NCBI GenBank assembly: GCA_965223265.1
Contig: OZ244999.1
Coordinates: 2,720,001-2,784,000 of the forward strand
DNA from: Planctomycetota bacterium
GTDB lineage: Bacteria; Planctomycetota; UBA8108; SXIK01
Reading direction: 5' to 3'
Length of the DNA: 64,000 nucleotides
A program made the translations under genes and the position numbers. The notes beneath the pieces were generated by a model, which saw nothing but the letters and a program-made list of their open reading frames with translations, ran no database searches and was not told the origin of the DNA. Positions 17,524-29,239 of this stretch are shown piece by piece (within the stretch, counting starts at the first letter, position 1; each line of letters starts with the position of its first letter).

Positions 17524-19287
17524 ATGAAGAATCGAAGAAGCATCGCCTACTTTTCGATGGAGATCGGTCTCGACGTGCGCATGCCCACGTACAGTGGTGG
17601 GCTTGGGATTCTGGCTGGAGACACGGTCCGAGCTGCGGCTGATCTCGACGTACCCATGGTGGCCGTGACTCTCGTGCACCGGAGGGGCTACCTGTACCAG
17701 AAAATTGATGCGTCTGGGGCGCAGCGGGAGGCCCCTGCCGAGTGGGTCGTCGAGGACTACCTCTCAGAGGAACCAGCGCGCGCTGCGGTTTCGATCGAAG
17801 GACGAGACGTGATCGTTCGAGCCTGGCGGTTCGACGTGGTGGGGGTGCACGGATTCTCTGTTCCCGTGTACCTCTTGGATACGGATCTTCCCGAAAACGC
17901 GACAGCAGACCGAACGCTGACGCATTACCTCTACGGTGGCGATCAGCGTTATCGACTGTCGCAGGAGGTTGTGCTCGGAATCGGTGGCGTTCGCATGCTT
18001 CGAGCCCTCGGCTTCTCCGAGCTCGAACGATTCCATATGAACGAAGGGCATGCGAGTCTACTGACTCTTGAGCTGCTTCAAGAGGAGGTGAGAAAGGAGG
18101 CGAGAACCTCGATCACTTGCGAGGACATCGAAGCCGTCCACGACAAGTGCGTCTTCACGACGCACACTCCCGTGCCTGTCGGACACGACCAATTCTCAAT
18201 GCAGCTCGTCGCCGATGTCCTGGGAGCGCGCGATCAATTCGTCGACATGAAAGACGTCTTCTGCATCGACGTCGTTGGCCGTGTGCTAAGACAAGACATC
18301 GAATGGGCCAGCAAGTTCGGCGACCTTGTCCGCCCCGGGGTCAACCTCAACTTGACGTATCTAGCGCTCAATCTGAGTCGATACGTCAACGGCGTCGCGA
18401 AACGGCATGGTGAAGTCTCCCGGCACATGTTCGCGGATTATCTGATCGATTCGATCACCAACGGAGTTCACACGGCAACCTGGGCAGCTCCGCCGATCGC
18501 GGCCCTCTTTGACCGTTATATTGCGAGTTGGCGCGAAGACGGCTCGAGCCTCCGGTATGCGCTGGCGATTCCAGACGACGAACTTTGGGCAGCACATCAG
18601 GAGGCGAAGCGAGAGCTCGTTGACTACGTCAATCGCCAGACAAACTCAGGATTGGAGTTGAATGCGTTTACAGTCGGGTTCGCAAGGCGCATGACGGGCT
18701 ACAAGCGGCCGCTCCTTGTATTCGAGGACCTGAACCGCCTCCGAAGGATCTGTAAGGACGTGGGAAACATTCAGTTTGTCTTCGGAGGGAAGGCGCATCC
18801 GCGGGATCAGCTGGGGAAAAAACTCATCAAGCGGCTTCACGCACTCAGGGAAGAACTGCACGGCGAAGTTCGCATCGCGTATGTCCCGAACTATGACATC
18901 CGAGCTGCAAAACTCATGACTGCAGGCGTTGATCTGTGGTTGAACACTCCCGAGCCACCGAGGGAGGCGTCGGGTACGAGTGGAATGAAGGCTGCCCTGA
19001 ACGGAGTACCCTCTCATAGCATTCTTGACGGCTGGTGGATGGAGGGGTGCGTGGAAGGGATCACCGGATGGGCAATCGGCGAGAGCCGTATGCAGGGCGA
19101 ATCGCCGAATGATCGGCGCCTCGATGCCCTCGATCTCTATGACAAGTGGGAGCAGGTCGTGGTACCTACATACTACGGGGACCGATCCGCCTATGTGACG
19201 GTCATGCGCCACGCGCTCGCTCTCAACGGGTCGTTCTTCAACACGCACCGCATGATTCAACAGTATGTTCTGAAGGCGTACCTCTGA
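17524..19287 (+). CDS. glgP: Alpha-glucan phosphorylase (short form)
   Basis: [50 protein letters not shown] motif EASGTSGMK. Confidence 0.95.
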   Translation: MKNRRSIAYFSMEIGLDVRMPTYSGGLGILAGDTVRAAADLDVPMVAVTLVHRRGYLYQKIDASGAQREAPAEWVVEDYLSEEPARAAVSIEGRDVIVRAWRFDVVGVHGFSVPVYLLDTDLPENATADRTLTHYLYGGDQRYRLSQEVVLGIGGVRMLRALGFSELERFHMNEGHASLLTLELLQEEVRKEARTSITCEDIEAVHDKCVFTTHTPVPVGHDQFSMQLVADVLGARDQFVDMKDVFCIDVVGRVLRQDIEWASKFGDLVRPGVNLNLTYLALNLSRYVNGVAKRHGEVSRHMFADYLIDSITNGVHTATWAAPPIAALFDRYIASWREDGSSLRYALAIPDDELWAAHQEAKRELVDYVNRQTNSGLELNAFTVGFARRMTGYKRPLLVFEDLNRLRRICKDVGNIQFVFGGKAHPRDQLGKKLIKRLHALREELHGEVRIAYVPNYDIRAAKLMTAGVDLWLNTPEPPREASGTSGMKAALNGVPSHSILDGWWMEGCVEGITGWAIGESRMQGESPNDRRLDALDLYDKWEQVVVPTYYGDRSAYVTVMRHALALNGSFFNTHRMIQQYVLKAYL

Positions 19288-19364
19288 AGAGCGGGTCGGG
19301 CCAGACCGCAGAGGGCGAGTTCACGGTTTGCTTGAGTCGGAACTCGGCGGTACATCTGTCGAGA

Positions 19365-20636
19365 TCAACGCCGTTTGAGGTGAGCTGCAACCAAGAGCAA
19401 CCCCAGCGCAATGATCACGGCGCCGGAGAGCAAGGTTGCAGGGGGCAAGAAAGGAAGGATCGCCAGGCACGAGAGTGCACCAGCCAGCGGCACACCCACG
19501 TGCACCTTAAAAACTCCGCTCGGTGTACCATCCCGTCGCTTGATGACGAATAGTGACGTGTTCACCGCGATAAAGACTAGCAACAGTAGCACGCTCGTCG
19601 TTCCGGCGAGGTAGACGAGTGTCCCAGAAAACGCCAGCACGGCGGTGACAAGAAAGACGCTCAAAATCGCCCAGTGTGGGGTGCGCGTCGAGGGGTGGAC
19701 GGCACCGAGCCAGGCGGGAAGCAGTTTTTGAGTCGACATGCCGTAAAGAAGACGCGAAGCCATTATGGAATTCGCCAAGCCGGTGTTGGCCACGGCGAAG
19801 AGCGCGATGGCGGTGAACAACCATGTTGGGATTGCGGGCGACGCTCGCTGAACGACTTCCACGAGCGGTGCGTCTGTTGCCTGCAGGTCCTGCGGCGACA
19901 CAACCGACGTGGCGAGCAGAACCACGGTGATATAGAGCAGCCCAGCGATCGCCATAGCCGTCACAATCGCAGCCGGAAGATTCCGACGCGGGGATCTGAC
20001 TTCTTCGGCGACGTTCACCATGTCCTCAAAGCCGATGAATGCAAAGAATCCCAGCGCCGCTCCTTGCACGATCGCCACGAGCGACCTGGGCTCTGCATCA
20101 GCCACCACCGGGGGCGGTTTCGCCTGCCCGCCGAGAAAGATAGCGCTGACGACGATGACGATCAGCAAGCCAGACGTCTCGATCACTGTACAGGCCATGT
20201 TGGTCAGCGAAGACTGCCGGATTCCCGAGAAGTTAATGCTCCCCAGAACGAGGAGAAAGCCGAGAAGCATGATGCCGTGGTGGCTCTGCGGCAGAACTGC
20301 GCTGAGATAACCGGCGAACGCTCGAGAGACGGTGGCGAGAGACACGACCCCGGAGCACAGCACAAGCCAGCCGACGAGTAATGGAAGCTCTCGACGCCGG
20401 ATAGCTTGCTGGGTGAAGTAGGCTTCGCCGCCGCTTTTCGGGAACCGACTGCCCAGCTCTGCGTAGGACAAACCGGTCAGCCCAGCGACCCCGAGCGCAA
20501 CCGAGAATGAGAGCCAGGCGTCGTGACCAGCGACGCCGGCGACTTTTCCTACCATGGCGTAGATCCCTGCGCCGAGGATGTCGCCGACTCCGTAGACGGT
20601 CAGAGCCCAAAAACCTAGCGATCGCTGCAGTTTCAT
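19365..20636 (-). CDS. APC-family amino acid permease
   Basis: GVG.ILGAGIY, SYAELGSRFPKSGGE, FFAFIGFED...AEEV..P, multiple TM segments. Confidence 0.92.
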   Translation of the reverse strand: MKLQRSLGFWALTVYGVGDILGAGIYAMVGKVAGVAGHDAWLSFSVALGVAGLTGLSYAELGSRFPKSGGEAYFTQQAIRRRELPLLVGWLVLCSGVVSLATVSRAFAGYLSAVLPQSHHGIMLLGFLLVLGSINFSGIRQSSLTNMACTVIETSGLLIVIVVSAIFLGGQAKPPPVVADAEPRSLVAIVQGAALGFFAFIGFEDMVNVAEEVRSPRRNLPAAIVTAMAIAGLLYITVVLLATSVVSPQDLQATDAPLVEVVQRASPAIPTWLFTAIALFAVANTGLANSIMASRLLYGMSTQKLLPAWLGAVHPSTRTPHWAILSVFLVTAVLAFSGTLVYLAGTTSVLLLLVFIAVNTSLFVIKRRDGTPSGVFKVHVGVPLAGALSCLAILPFLPPATLLSGAVIIALGLLLVAAHLKRR

Positions 20637-20726
20637 TCGAGCCTACGCCGACAGGCGCGCTCCGAATCCGTCGTGTCAGTAGGTCCTTCGAGTGCACGTT
20701 CTTCGTTGTGACGCACCTCTGTTCTT

Positions 20727-21959
20727 TTAGTGCTTGCGACCGCCTTCTTGCTTGGTGAGCACGACTCTCACGGAGGCGCCGTCGGTCACCTCGTCGGTGG
20801 GGTGCAGCACGGTGACGTCACCCAGACTCAATCCCGTCAGGACTTCGACTTCTAGTCCGTTCGTTTTGCCGACCTCGATTTGCCGAAGTCGAGCTTTGCC
20901 ATTCTCGACGTGATAGACGTGCCAGGCGCGTGCCTGTCGGAAGAGAGCACCTGTCGGTACCTTGACGACATCGTCGGCTGTGTCGACCACGATCCGTGCT
21001 TCGATGCGGAAGCCATCTCCGAGGCTCTCGCGATCCTCCGGCGGACTGCGGAAATCCGCGATGATGTTCACCCTCTTCTCCTCGACGCCGAGTGCCGATA
21101 CTTTCAAGAAAGCAGCCGGTTCAACGACCCTGACGACTCCTTCCAGAGTGCCTTCCCCTCCCCAATGGTCGACGTAGACCGTCGCGCCTGGCTTGATGCG
21201 CACCGCCTCGCTCGAAAGCACGTCGATCTCCACTTCCAAGTCGCTCGGATCACCTAATTCGAGTATTCTCATTCCCCTTTGAACGATTCCTGCGTCCTCG
21301 GTGAAGACGCGCAAGACCTGACCGTCGATCGGCGACACGAGGGTGAATGTCGCAGCTGCTTCGTCATTAGCGCCGCCTCCTTGGGCGCGGATCAGCGCGG
21401 CTCGAGCGACATCGCGCTCGAAACCTGCAACTCGAACCGCGAAGTCAGCTGAACGCAAACTGGCTTTGGCCATTCGGAACTGATGTTCCGCCCGGTCGAA
21501 CTCACCTTGCGATAGCGTTCCTTCTACGACCAGACTGCGGGCGCGGTCGTACTCGTGTTCTGCGAGCTCTAATTCTTCGCTCGACCGTTTGCTGCGTGCG
21601 GCGGCCGACTCGCACGCGGCCTCGGCAGCGCGGACTCGGGCCTCGGCCTCCGCCTGGGAGCGTGCGTCGAGAGGCTCTGGCTCTCCGGGAACAAACCGTG
21701 CCAACACCGTTTCACCTCGTCTGACTACGTCGCCGGCGTGCAGCTCGATGCGGAGCATTTTTGCCGTGACCGGAGACGTGACGACGTATCGTTCTCGGAT
21801 TCGCGTCTCACCGTCGTCGCTCACTGTGATGTCAAATGAGCCGCGATCGACCACGACCCCATCGACGTCGACCGGCTGCGGCCAGAATCCATAGACGATG
21901 AATCCAGCGAGCAGTGCCGCGACAGCGAACAGCGGAATCTTGCGCCAGGTCTTCTTCAT
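20727..21959 (-). CDS. HlyD-family periplasmic adaptor of ABC exporter
   Basis: N-terminal TM, lipoyl-like halves flanking a coiled coil, SPIDGQVL, VSALGVEEKRV. Confidence 0.92.
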   Translation of the reverse strand: MKKTWRKIPLFAVAALLAGFIVYGFWPQPVDVDGVVVDRGSFDITVSDDGETRIRERYVVTSPVTAKMLRIELHAGDVVRRGETVLARFVPGEPEPLDARSQAEAEARVRAAEAACESAAARSKRSSEELELAEHEYDRARSLVVEGTLSQGEFDRAEHQFRMAKASLRSADFAVRVAGFERDVARAALIRAQGGGANDEAAATFTLVSPIDGQVLRVFTEDAGIVQRGMRILELGDPSDLEVEIDVLSSEAVRIKPGATVYVDHWGGEGTLEGVVRVVEPAAFLKVSALGVEEKRVNIIADFRSPPEDRESLGDGFRIEARIVVDTADDVVKVPTGALFRQARAWHVYHVENGKARLRQIEVGKTNGLEVEVLTGLSLGDVTVLHPTDEVTDGASVRVVLTKQEGGRKH

Positions 21960-21966
21960 CGGTTCC

Positions 21967-24330
21967 TTACTCTTTCACCTTCAAAACGGCGATCAGATCA
22001 AGCTTGTCCAGCATCCGGCGTACGATCAGAGAGGAGACGACGGCGCTGGTGATCACGACGACGACCGCGTAGGTCAAGGTCGCCCGTGTCAGCACCAACG
22101 GGAAACGATGTGTTTCCGTATCAAGAGCCAGCGTCGCAAGCCACGCAAAAAAAGAGCCGATCGGTAGGCCAACGGGGATCGCAACGAGCGTGATCACAGC
22201 CAGTTCGCCTAAGAGAACGGTTGAAACCTCCCAGCGTTTAAACCCCATCACGCGCAGTGTAGCTAAGTCGCGGCTGCGTTCAGCTAGGGTGACCAATGCA
22301 CAGTTGTAGATCACGCCGAATGCGATGATGAACGCAAAGGTGGCGTTGGTGATACGCATTCCGCGCAGGTTTTCCGCGATCGTCTCGTTGAAGTTCTGGA
22401 TGGCCGCTTTCTTGACTGTGACGCCTGCGACGGCGGGAGTTTCCTTGAGAGCAGCGTACAGATCAGGGATTCGTTCCTGATCCGCGGCAACAAAGGCGCC
22501 GGAATAACGTTCACCTTCCGCCAGCAGCTTGTGTAGTTCGCGCAAGTTGAGATACGCGCCGGGATCCGTGTAGTCTGGGAAAATCGCCTTCACGCGGGTG
22601 GCGTAGTGGCCCCGGCGGCCCTCCATTAACTCGACCGACAGCTCGTCGCCGATCTTCAGGTCCAGCACTTCAGCGAGCTTTTCTGAGATCGTCACTCCTG
22701 GTCCAGTCAGATCGACCTCCTTCTCTTCCTCGTCAAGGACGCGAAACAAACGGGGCTGCTCTTCGAGGGCCATTAGGCTCAGACGGCGCCGGAGTTGTCC
22801 ATGCCTCAAGTGAACAGGCACAGCGCGAAACGGTTCTGCTCTGAAGATTCCAGGTAGATTGTGGACGTCATGAAGCACGTGGGTGGATGCATTTTCGTTG
22901 AATGTCAGAAGAACGTCCTGTCTTTGCGCTCTTTGAAACTGTACGTCGATGACATGGTCTACGGCGTCCTCCATGAACGTTCCGACGACCAGAACGGACA
23001 CGCTGGCCGCCATCCCGAGCACCGAAAGGGCGGTCGAGCGTGGATTGCGCTCCAACCGTCGCAGGACCATGAGCGCCATAGGAGAGAACATTTTCTGTAG
23101 CCCGACTTTTTCTGCGAGCGATCGCCCGGTGGACTGTGGCGCTTCGGCGCGCATGGCAACCGCAGGCTGCATTCTGATCGCTCGCCTGAGGGCTGATCCA
23201 CTGCCTGCCAGCGCGCCCGCCATGCTGACCGCGACGGCGAGCGTCGCTTGACTGTAGGCAAATTCTTTGTGGACGATTGGGAACCGGAAGAATCGCACGT
23301 ACTGCTCCGTCATCCAGCCCGCCAGGAATGATCCGAGAGCGCATCCTGCCGCCGCACCGATGATGACGAGCAAGAGAACGAACTTGAGGTAATATCGTCC
23401 GATCTCCCACCGCGAATAGCCGAAGGCCCGCAGGGTGGCGATCTGCTCTTGTTGGTGGTGGACCATTCTCGACAGGACGATGTTGAACAAGAACACGGCG
23501 ACTGCGAGGAAGATCGAAGGAGTCACCAGCGCCATTCCCTTGAGTTGATGTAGCTCGTCGGCCGCGCGACGGTCAGACATCTGGTCGCTGCGATCGTATG
23601 CACCTCGTCCTCCGTAACGCTCGGTCAATCGATCTACATGCAAGATAACTTCTTGAATCGAAGTGCCTGCGAAGAGGGCGAGCGTAGCATCGTTGAACGC
23701 GCCTTCCATGTTGAACGCTGCAGCCATCTGGCGATACGGCATCCATAGCACCCCGAATCGCCGATCGTCCGACAGCAGTTGGCCGGGCTGCACGGCGTAG
23801 ATGTACTCGGGAGAAATCGCGATCCCAACGATTTCCAGCTCCTCCTTGAGGCCACCCATAATGACTTGAACTTTGTCGCCAGGCCTCCAGCCATTCGCCT
23901 CGGCAAACCTCTCGCTGGCCAGAACCTCGCCTTGCGTGGTGGGATTCGGCAGCCGGCCACGGCGTAGATAGATCCCATTGAGGTCTCTCTCCGGGTCGTC
24001 CGCCAGTGAGATTAGCCGACAACTCGCGGGTTCCATCATGCCAGGGACATCCAGGATCACGTCGCGAACGACGCGAGTCTGAACACGTTCGACGCCGGGA
24101 ATCGCCGCCAGACGGTGCGCGAGTTCATTTGGGGAGCGAACCAGGCGCACGAACACGTCGCCGAAATGAAACCTGCGATAGTACTCGGCGCGTGTTGTGT
24201 CGAGTGACCGCATGGTACTCGTCGACATAACCGAGGTGCCAATACCGCAGGCGAGAACCGCGCAGATGGCGAGACCCTGGCCCCACATGCGTCGGAGATC
24301 GGAAATCAGCAGTCGATCAAGGGGGCGCAT
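21967..24330 (-). CDS. ABC transporter permease with two MacB-PCD/FtsX modules
   Basis: [11 protein letters not shown] and [14 protein letters not shown] FtsX motifs, each preceded by a periplasmic domain. Confidence 0.92.
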   Translation of the reverse strand: MRPLDRLLISDLRRMWGQGLAICAVLACGIGTSVMSTSTMRSLDTTRAEYYRRFHFGDVFVRLVRSPNELAHRLAAIPGVERVQTRVVRDVILDVPGMMEPASCRLISLADDPERDLNGIYLRRGRLPNPTTQGEVLASERFAEANGWRPGDKVQVIMGGLKEELEIVGIAISPEYIYAVQPGQLLSDDRRFGVLWMPYRQMAAAFNMEGAFNDATLALFAGTSIQEVILHVDRLTERYGGRGAYDRSDQMSDRRAADELHQLKGMALVTPSIFLAVAVFLFNIVLSRMVHHQQEQIATLRAFGYSRWEIGRYYLKFVLLLVIIGAAAGCALGSFLAGWMTEQYVRFFRFPIVHKEFAYSQATLAVAVSMAGALAGSGSALRRAIRMQPAVAMRAEAPQSTGRSLAEKVGLQKMFSPMALMVLRRLERNPRSTALSVLGMAASVSVLVVGTFMEDAVDHVIDVQFQRAQRQDVLLTFNENASTHVLHDVHNLPGIFRAEPFRAVPVHLRHGQLRRRLSLMALEEQPRLFRVLDEEEKEVDLTGPGVTISEKLAEVLDLKIGDELSVELMEGRRGHYATRVKAIFPDYTDPGAYLNLRELHKLLAEGERYSGAFVAADQERIPDLYAALKETPAVAGVTVKKAAIQNFNETIAENLRGMRITNATFAFIIAFGVIYNCALVTLAERSRDLATLRVMGFKRWEVSTVLLGELAVITLVAIPVGLPIGSFFAWLATLALDTETHRFPLVLTRATLTYAVVVVITSAVVSSLIVRRMLDKLDLIAVLKVKE

Positions 24331-24336
24331 GGTGTG

Positions 24337-25092
24337 TCACCAAACGATGTCTTTTGCGGGCTTTCGTCGTTCGTTTGTCTCGACGTCGACGATGCGGCCA
24401 TCCGACAGGCGCACGACTCGGTCCGCCATGTCGGCGATCGCGGCGTTGTGCGTGATGACCGCAGTCAAGGTCCCGAGCTCTGCGTTGATGCGGGCGATCG
24501 CGTCGAGCACCAAAACGCCCGTCTTGACGTCAAGGGCGCCCGTCGGTTCGTCGCAAAGCAGGACGTCCGGCCGCTTACCGATGGCGCGCGCAATGGCGAC
24601 GCGTTGCTGCTCACCGCCCGAGAGCTGCGCTGGATAGTGCGTGCTTCGCTCCGAAAGTCCGACCAGCCGCAAGGCTTCGGTAGGCTCCAGAGCGTTCGGT
24701 GCGATGTCAGCCACGAGCTCGACGTTCTCCAGCGCCGTCAGTCCGGCGATCAAATTGTAGAACTGAAACACGAACCCTACGTGCTCTCGGCGGTAAACGG
24801 TCAGCTGCTCCTCGTCGGCGTCCGTGAGGTCATGATCGCGATAGATGACCGCGCCGTCGGTTGGAAGGTCCAGCCCACCTATGATGTTCAGGAGAGTCGA
24901 TTTTCCGCTTCCCGACGCTCCTAAAATGACGACGAATTCGCCGGCGTAGAGCTCGAGGTCGACCCCGCGAAGTGCGTGCACGTCCACTTCACCCATTCGA
25001 TACATCTTGGTGACGCCACGCACTCGAAACACGGGCTCTCCGCGCTCCTCAGGAGGACATGCCAAATGGGAGGTGTTGTTCTGTGCAGTCAC
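24337..25092 (-). CDS. ABC transporter ATP-binding protein (MacB/LolD type)
   Basis: [45 protein letters not shown]. Start set at GTG 25092 after GGAGGA. Confidence 0.95.
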   Translation of the reverse strand: MTAQNNTSHLACPPEERGEPVFRVRGVTKMYRMGEVDVHALRGVDLELYAGEFVVILGASGSGKSTLLNIIGGLDLPTDGAVIYRDHDLTDADEEQLTVYRREHVGFVFQFYNLIAGLTALENVELVADIAPNALEPTEALRLVGLSERSTHYPAQLSGGEQQRVAIARAIGKRPDVLLCDEPTGALDVKTGVLVLDAIARINAELGTLTAVITHNAAIADMADRVVRLSDGRIVDVETNERRKPAKDIVW

Positions 25093-25103
25093 CGGTCCTC
25101 CGT

Positions 25104-26870
25104 TCACGCAGGCTGGTTCGGTTTGAGAGACGGATCCTCCAACCACTTCGCCACAGTCTCGCGGATCCGGAACTTTTGGATCTTTCCTGTCACCGTGACG
25201 GGGAACTCATCGACGAGCCAGATATAGCGCGGAATCTTGAAGTGAGCGATGTGTCCCTTGGCGTATTCGCGCAGCTCGTCGGCTTCCGCCTTCGCACCTT
25301 CGTGCAGCTTGATCCAGGCGCCGACCTCTTCGCCGAGACGCGCGTCAGGCACGCCGAAAACCGCCACTTCGGCGACTTTGGGGTGTTCGAAATAAAACGC
25401 TTCGATTTCAGCGGGGTAAATATTCTCCCCGCCGCGGATGATCATATCCTTGAGCCGACCGGTGATTCGAAGATAGCCGTCGTCCTCCATGATTCCAACG
25501 TCGCCGGAGTGGAGCCAACCCGCCGCGTCGATCGTCTGTTTCGTTGCATCGGGGTGACCGAAGTATTCCCGCATGACATGGTGGCCACGGAAGCAAACTT
25601 CACCGGGCTCGCCGACGGACAAGAGCGCGCCCGAGTCGGTGTCGACGATCTTGACTTCTTGGTGCGGGAGGTTGACACCGACTGTCGTGACCCGTCGTTC
25701 GCGACTGTCATCGGGGCGCGTCAGATGAGTTATCGGCGACGCTTCAGTCTGCCCGTAGCCGATGAGGAGGTCGTGGCATCCCATGTCGTCGATGACTCGG
25801 CCAACGAGCTCGGGCGCGCATGGAGCACCGGCCATGATGCCGGTCCGCAGCGTCGACAGGTCAAAAGAGCGGAACTTGGGGCACTCCAGCTCGGCGACAA
25901 ACATCGTCGGTACACCGTGCACAGCGGTGCATCGTTCGCGTTCGATCGTCTCTAGCGTTGCTGCTGCGTCGAAGTGTTCGGCTGGGATGATGATCGTGGC
26001 GCCGTGCGTCAAGGATGCAAGGTTGGCGACGACCATCCCGAAACAGTGGTAGAAGGGCACGGGCACGCAGAGACGATCTGCTGCAGAGAAACGCATGGCT
26101 CGAGCAGTGAAAAACCCGTTGTTGAGAATGTTGTGGTGGGTTAAGACGACGGCCTTGGGAAACCCGGTCGTTCCAGATGTGAACTGAACGTTGATCGCGT
26201 CGTCTGGGTCGAGGGTCTGAGAGCGTTCTTCAACCTCCGTGCCGCCGACGCTGTTGCCGCGCTCCAGCATCTGCGGCCAGGTGAGAAACCCGCTGGCGGG
26301 TTGCGCGGTGGAGTCTGGGGCCGCCGGATCAAACACAATGACGTCGCGAAGTTCTGGCAGTCGTTGCGCTTCGAGTCGTGTGCCTCGTTCTCGCTTGAGC
26401 TCAGGGCAGAGCGCGCAGCTCATCTCGACGTAGTCTGAAGTTCGGAAGGCCGGAATCAAGAAGAGAATCTGCACGCGCGCTAAGCGCAGCGCATGCTCCA
26501 GCTCGGAGACTCGGTAGGCGGGATTGATATTGACGAGCACCGCCCCAATGCGTGCGGTGGCGAGCTGCAGTAGCACCCATTCGACGTTGTTCGTCGACCA
26601 AACGCCGACCCGGTCTCCAGGTTCTACGTCGAGGGAGAGCAGCCCTTTGGCGACCAGGTCGACCTGGGCGTCGAGCTGCGCGTAGGTCAGACGTCGCGAT
26701 TGCGCCGCCGACACCAGAGCTTCGTTTTCGGCGTGGGTCGCCGCGACCTGGCGCAAAAACGCGTCGATGGTCGCACCGATGAGCGGCGTCACGCCACCTT
26801 CGTGGTGGTACGCGGGCCGTGCGTGCGCTGCTCGGCTCGCGTCGGTGAGGTGGGAGCCACGATGTGCCAT
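25104..26870 (-). CDS. AMP-binding acyl-CoA synthetase (ACSF2/FadD-like)
   Basis: [49 protein letters not shown]. Confidence 0.93.
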   Translation of the reverse strand: MAHRGSHLTDASRAAHARPAYHHEGGVTPLIGATIDAFLRQVAATHAENEALVSAAQSRRLTYAQLDAQVDLVAKGLLSLDVEPGDRVGVWSTNNVEWVLLQLATARIGAVLVNINPAYRVSELEHALRLARVQILFLIPAFRTSDYVEMSCALCPELKRERGTRLEAQRLPELRDVIVFDPAAPDSTAQPASGFLTWPQMLERGNSVGGTEVEERSQTLDPDDAINVQFTSGTTGFPKAVVLTHHNILNNGFFTARAMRFSAADRLCVPVPFYHCFGMVVANLASLTHGATIIIPAEHFDAAATLETIERERCTAVHGVPTMFVAELECPKFRSFDLSTLRTGIMAGAPCAPELVGRVIDDMGCHDLLIGYGQTEASPITHLTRPDDSRERRVTTVGVNLPHQEVKIVDTDSGALLSVGEPGEVCFRGHHVMREYFGHPDATKQTIDAAGWLHSGDVGIMEDDGYLRITGRLKDMIIRGGENIYPAEIEAFYFEHPKVAEVAVFGVPDARLGEEVGAWIKLHEGAKAEADELREYAKGHIAHFKIPRYIWLVDEFPVTVTGKIQKFRIRETVAKWLEDPSLKPNQPA

Positions 26871-26883
26871 GGGCGTACCGTCT

Positions 26884-26899
26884 AGCAAGCCCTGTACCA
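26884..26899 (-). promoter_or_regulatory. Putative sigma-54 promoter (acyl-CoA ligase/ABC exporter/APC unit)
   Basis: TGGTAC-AGGGC-TTGCT on the minus strand. Confidence 0.65.
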
Positions 26900-27049
26900 G
26901 TACCCAAAGTGGCGCGTCGACCTGCCGGCGTCGCATCCCGCTGCGCGTCAGCGTTGGTTGAGAGGCGGACGCGCGGGGGAGAATTCCGCGGTTGCGAGAA
27001 AATCCCCTCCTGATTTCCGCGCCATCCGGAGGAGTTGGCGTCGCCGCCG

Positions 27050-27065
27050 TGGAACGGGCTTTGCT
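27050..27065 (+). promoter_or_regulatory. Putative sigma-54 promoter (oxidoreductase operon)
   Basis: TGGAAC-GGGCT-TTGCT, ~43 nt upstream of ATG 27108. Confidence 0.7.
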
Positions 27066-27107
27066 CCTCCTTTCGTGTTCACGAATCGTTCCGGAAGGAT
27101 CTCACCG

Positions 27108-28001
27108 ATGATTCGCATTCGCTTTCATGGTCGCGGTGGCCACGGCATCAAGACTGCGAGCCGCATCGTCGGCTCGGCTGCGTTTCTAGCCGGCTATCAG
27201 GCTCAGGATTGCCCTGTCTACGGTGCCGAGCGACGGGGCGCCGCCGTCGCTGCTCACACCCGGATCGACCACGAACCGATCCTTGAGCGTGGGGTCATCG
27301 ATCGTCCCGACCTGATCGTCGTCGGCGACGACACGTTGCTGACCGAGCCGAGCGCTGCGGTCTTGACGGGGATCGAGGGCGCCTCTGCGGTATTCGTCAA
27401 CACGGACAAAAGTGCGGAGCAGCTAGCGCAGCACACTGCGGGTGCTCGCTCCATCGCACTTGATCTCACGGGGCGTGCGCTTTCTCAACTCGGTAGAGTC
27501 TCGACGCTGAGTGCGCCACTTGCGGCAGCGGCGCTACGTCTTTCGGGAGTCGGCGAAGTCGAGAGCTTGCGGGCGGCAACACGCGAGGAGCTCGAAGAAT
27601 TGCGGCTTGGCAGCGAGGTGATCGATCAAAACGTCGCGCTGGCGGAGGAGGTTTTCGCCGCTCTGCCTGTCGTCGAGATGCACTCCGCTGGGGCGGCGCA
27701 GAAGACGTCTGTCGTGTCGGTTGAAGATGACGGTTCGTTCCTTGGCACGCCGAGCATCCTGGCGACAGGAAACAGTGCTGCACGCCGCACAGGTTCGTGG
27801 CGCGTGGAGCGTCCGGAGGTCGATCTGGACCAATGCACGCGCTGCGGAATCTGCTTCCTTCGATGTCCGGACGGCGCTATCGCACTCGACGAGCATGGTT
27901 ACCCGATCATCGACTACGACCAGTGCAAGGGCTGTATGATCTGTCTACAGCAGTGCCCGCTGAGCGCCATCGAGCGCCACAAGGAGGTCCGTGCGTGGTG
28001 A
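27108..28001 (+). CDS. porC: 2-oxoacid:ferredoxin oxidoreductase gamma-delta fusion
   Basis: IRFHGRGGHG.KTA, YGAERRGA, TGSWR..RP, and two CxxCxxCxxxCP motifs. Confidence 0.93.
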   Translation: MIRIRFHGRGGHGIKTASRIVGSAAFLAGYQAQDCPVYGAERRGAAVAAHTRIDHEPILERGVIDRPDLIVVGDDTLLTEPSAAVLTGIEGASAVFVNTDKSAEQLAQHTAGARSIALDLTGRALSQLGRVSTLSAPLAAAALRLSGVGEVESLRAATREELEELRLGSEVIDQNVALAEEVFAALPVVEMHSAGAAQKTSVVSVEDDGSFLGTPSILATGNSAARRTGSWRVERPEVDLDQCTRCGICFLRCPDGAIALDEHGYPIIDYDQCKGCMICLQQCPLSAIERHKEVRAW

Positions 28002-29239
28002 CGAAGCTGCTCACCGGTAATCAAGCGGCTGCCTGGGGAGCCCGCCTGGCACGCGTCGACTACGTGCCGGCGTTCCCGATCACGCCGCAGACCGAAATCA
28101 TCGAGAAACTCGCCGATTGGTTCGCCGCAGGCGACATGCGTGGAAAATTTGTAACACTCGACGGTGAGCACTCGATGGTGACATCGGCGGGCGCCGCGGC
28201 GGCTACGGGCGTGCGTACTTTTACGGCGACGTCGAGCCAAGGCCTCCTCTACGCTCTCGAGACTCTTTATACGGTGGCGGGGTGGCGTGTGCCGTTTGTG
28301 CTCGTCAACGTCTCGCGTGGTCTTGCCGCGCCGATCACTTTAGGTCCTGATCACAACGATGTCCTTGCGGCGCGCGACACTGGTTTCGTGCAAATCCACG
28401 CCGAGACGTGCCAGGAGGTTCTCGATTCTGTTTTGATGGCGTACCGCATTGCTGAGGACACGCGGGTGATGCTGCCAGTACTCGTCAACCTCGATGGCTT
28501 CTATCTCTCGTTCACGCGAGAGCCAGTCGAGATTCCGAATGCTGAAGTTGTCGCCGACTTTTTGCCGCAGTTCGAACCGACGGCCTCGGTCTTTCGCGCG
28601 TCACGCCCGATCGCGCAGGGGGCAGCGGTGCTCGACGGAGCGACGTACAGCTACTTTCGCTATCAGATGCATCACGCCGTTTGCAACGCCCTCGCCGTGC
28701 ACGACGAGGTCGCGGCAGAGTTCGAGCGTCTCCTCGGGCGTCGCTACGAGGCGCTCGACCTGTACCGAATGGACGACGCTGAGATCGCCCTGGTGATGGT
28801 CGGCTGCTTTGCGACCAAGGGGCGAGAAGCGATCAATAGGTGGCGAGCAGAGGGGCATCGAGTCGGACTCTTACGAGTGCGCCTCGTGCGCCCGTGGCCG
28901 GCTGAACAGTTGGCTGCAGCTCTCAGCGGGCGGCGCGCCGTTGGCGTGATCGACCAGAACCTATCGCCAGGGCTCGGTGGAATTCTTTTCCAAGAAGTGG
29001 CTGGTGCGCTGGTGTCGTGCCCGGAATGCCCACAAACGCTGCGTTCCTTCGTCGGCGGCCTCGGTGGCAAAGACATCAGTCAAGGTGAATTTGATTACGT
29101 GCTCGATGCCTTGACACACCCTCAGCCGCGCGCCGAAGTGACTCGCTCGGAGCTGCTGATGACCCGAACTCAGCAGCAGCGCGTTCGAGGTCATCTCGCT
29201 GCTGCGGGCAAGTCTGGCGCTCCGGAGAAAGAGTCATGA
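27995..29239 (+). CDS. porA: 2-oxoacid:ferredoxin oxidoreductase alpha subunit
   Basis: LTGNQAAA, AFPITPQTEIIE, EHSM, TATSSQGL, NLDGFYLSF, GGLGG.D. AAGGAGG RBS before GTG 27995. Confidence 0.93.
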   Translation: MVTKLLTGNQAAAWGARLARVDYVPAFPITPQTEIIEKLADWFAAGDMRGKFVTLDGEHSMVTSAGAAAATGVRTFTATSSQGLLYALETLYTVAGWRVPFVLVNVSRGLAAPITLGPDHNDVLAARDTGFVQIHAETCQEVLDSVLMAYRIAEDTRVMLPVLVNLDGFYLSFTREPVEIPNAEVVADFLPQFEPTASVFRASRPIAQGAAVLDGATYSYFRYQMHHAVCNALAVHDEVAAEFERLLGRRYEALDLYRMDDAEIALVMVGCFATKGREAINRWRAEGHRVGLLRVRLVRPWPAEQLAAALSGRRAVGVIDQNLSPGLGGILFQEVAGALVSCPECPQTLRSFVGGLGGKDISQGEFDYVLDALTHPQPRAEVTRSELLMTRTQQQRVRGHLAAAGKSGAPEKES

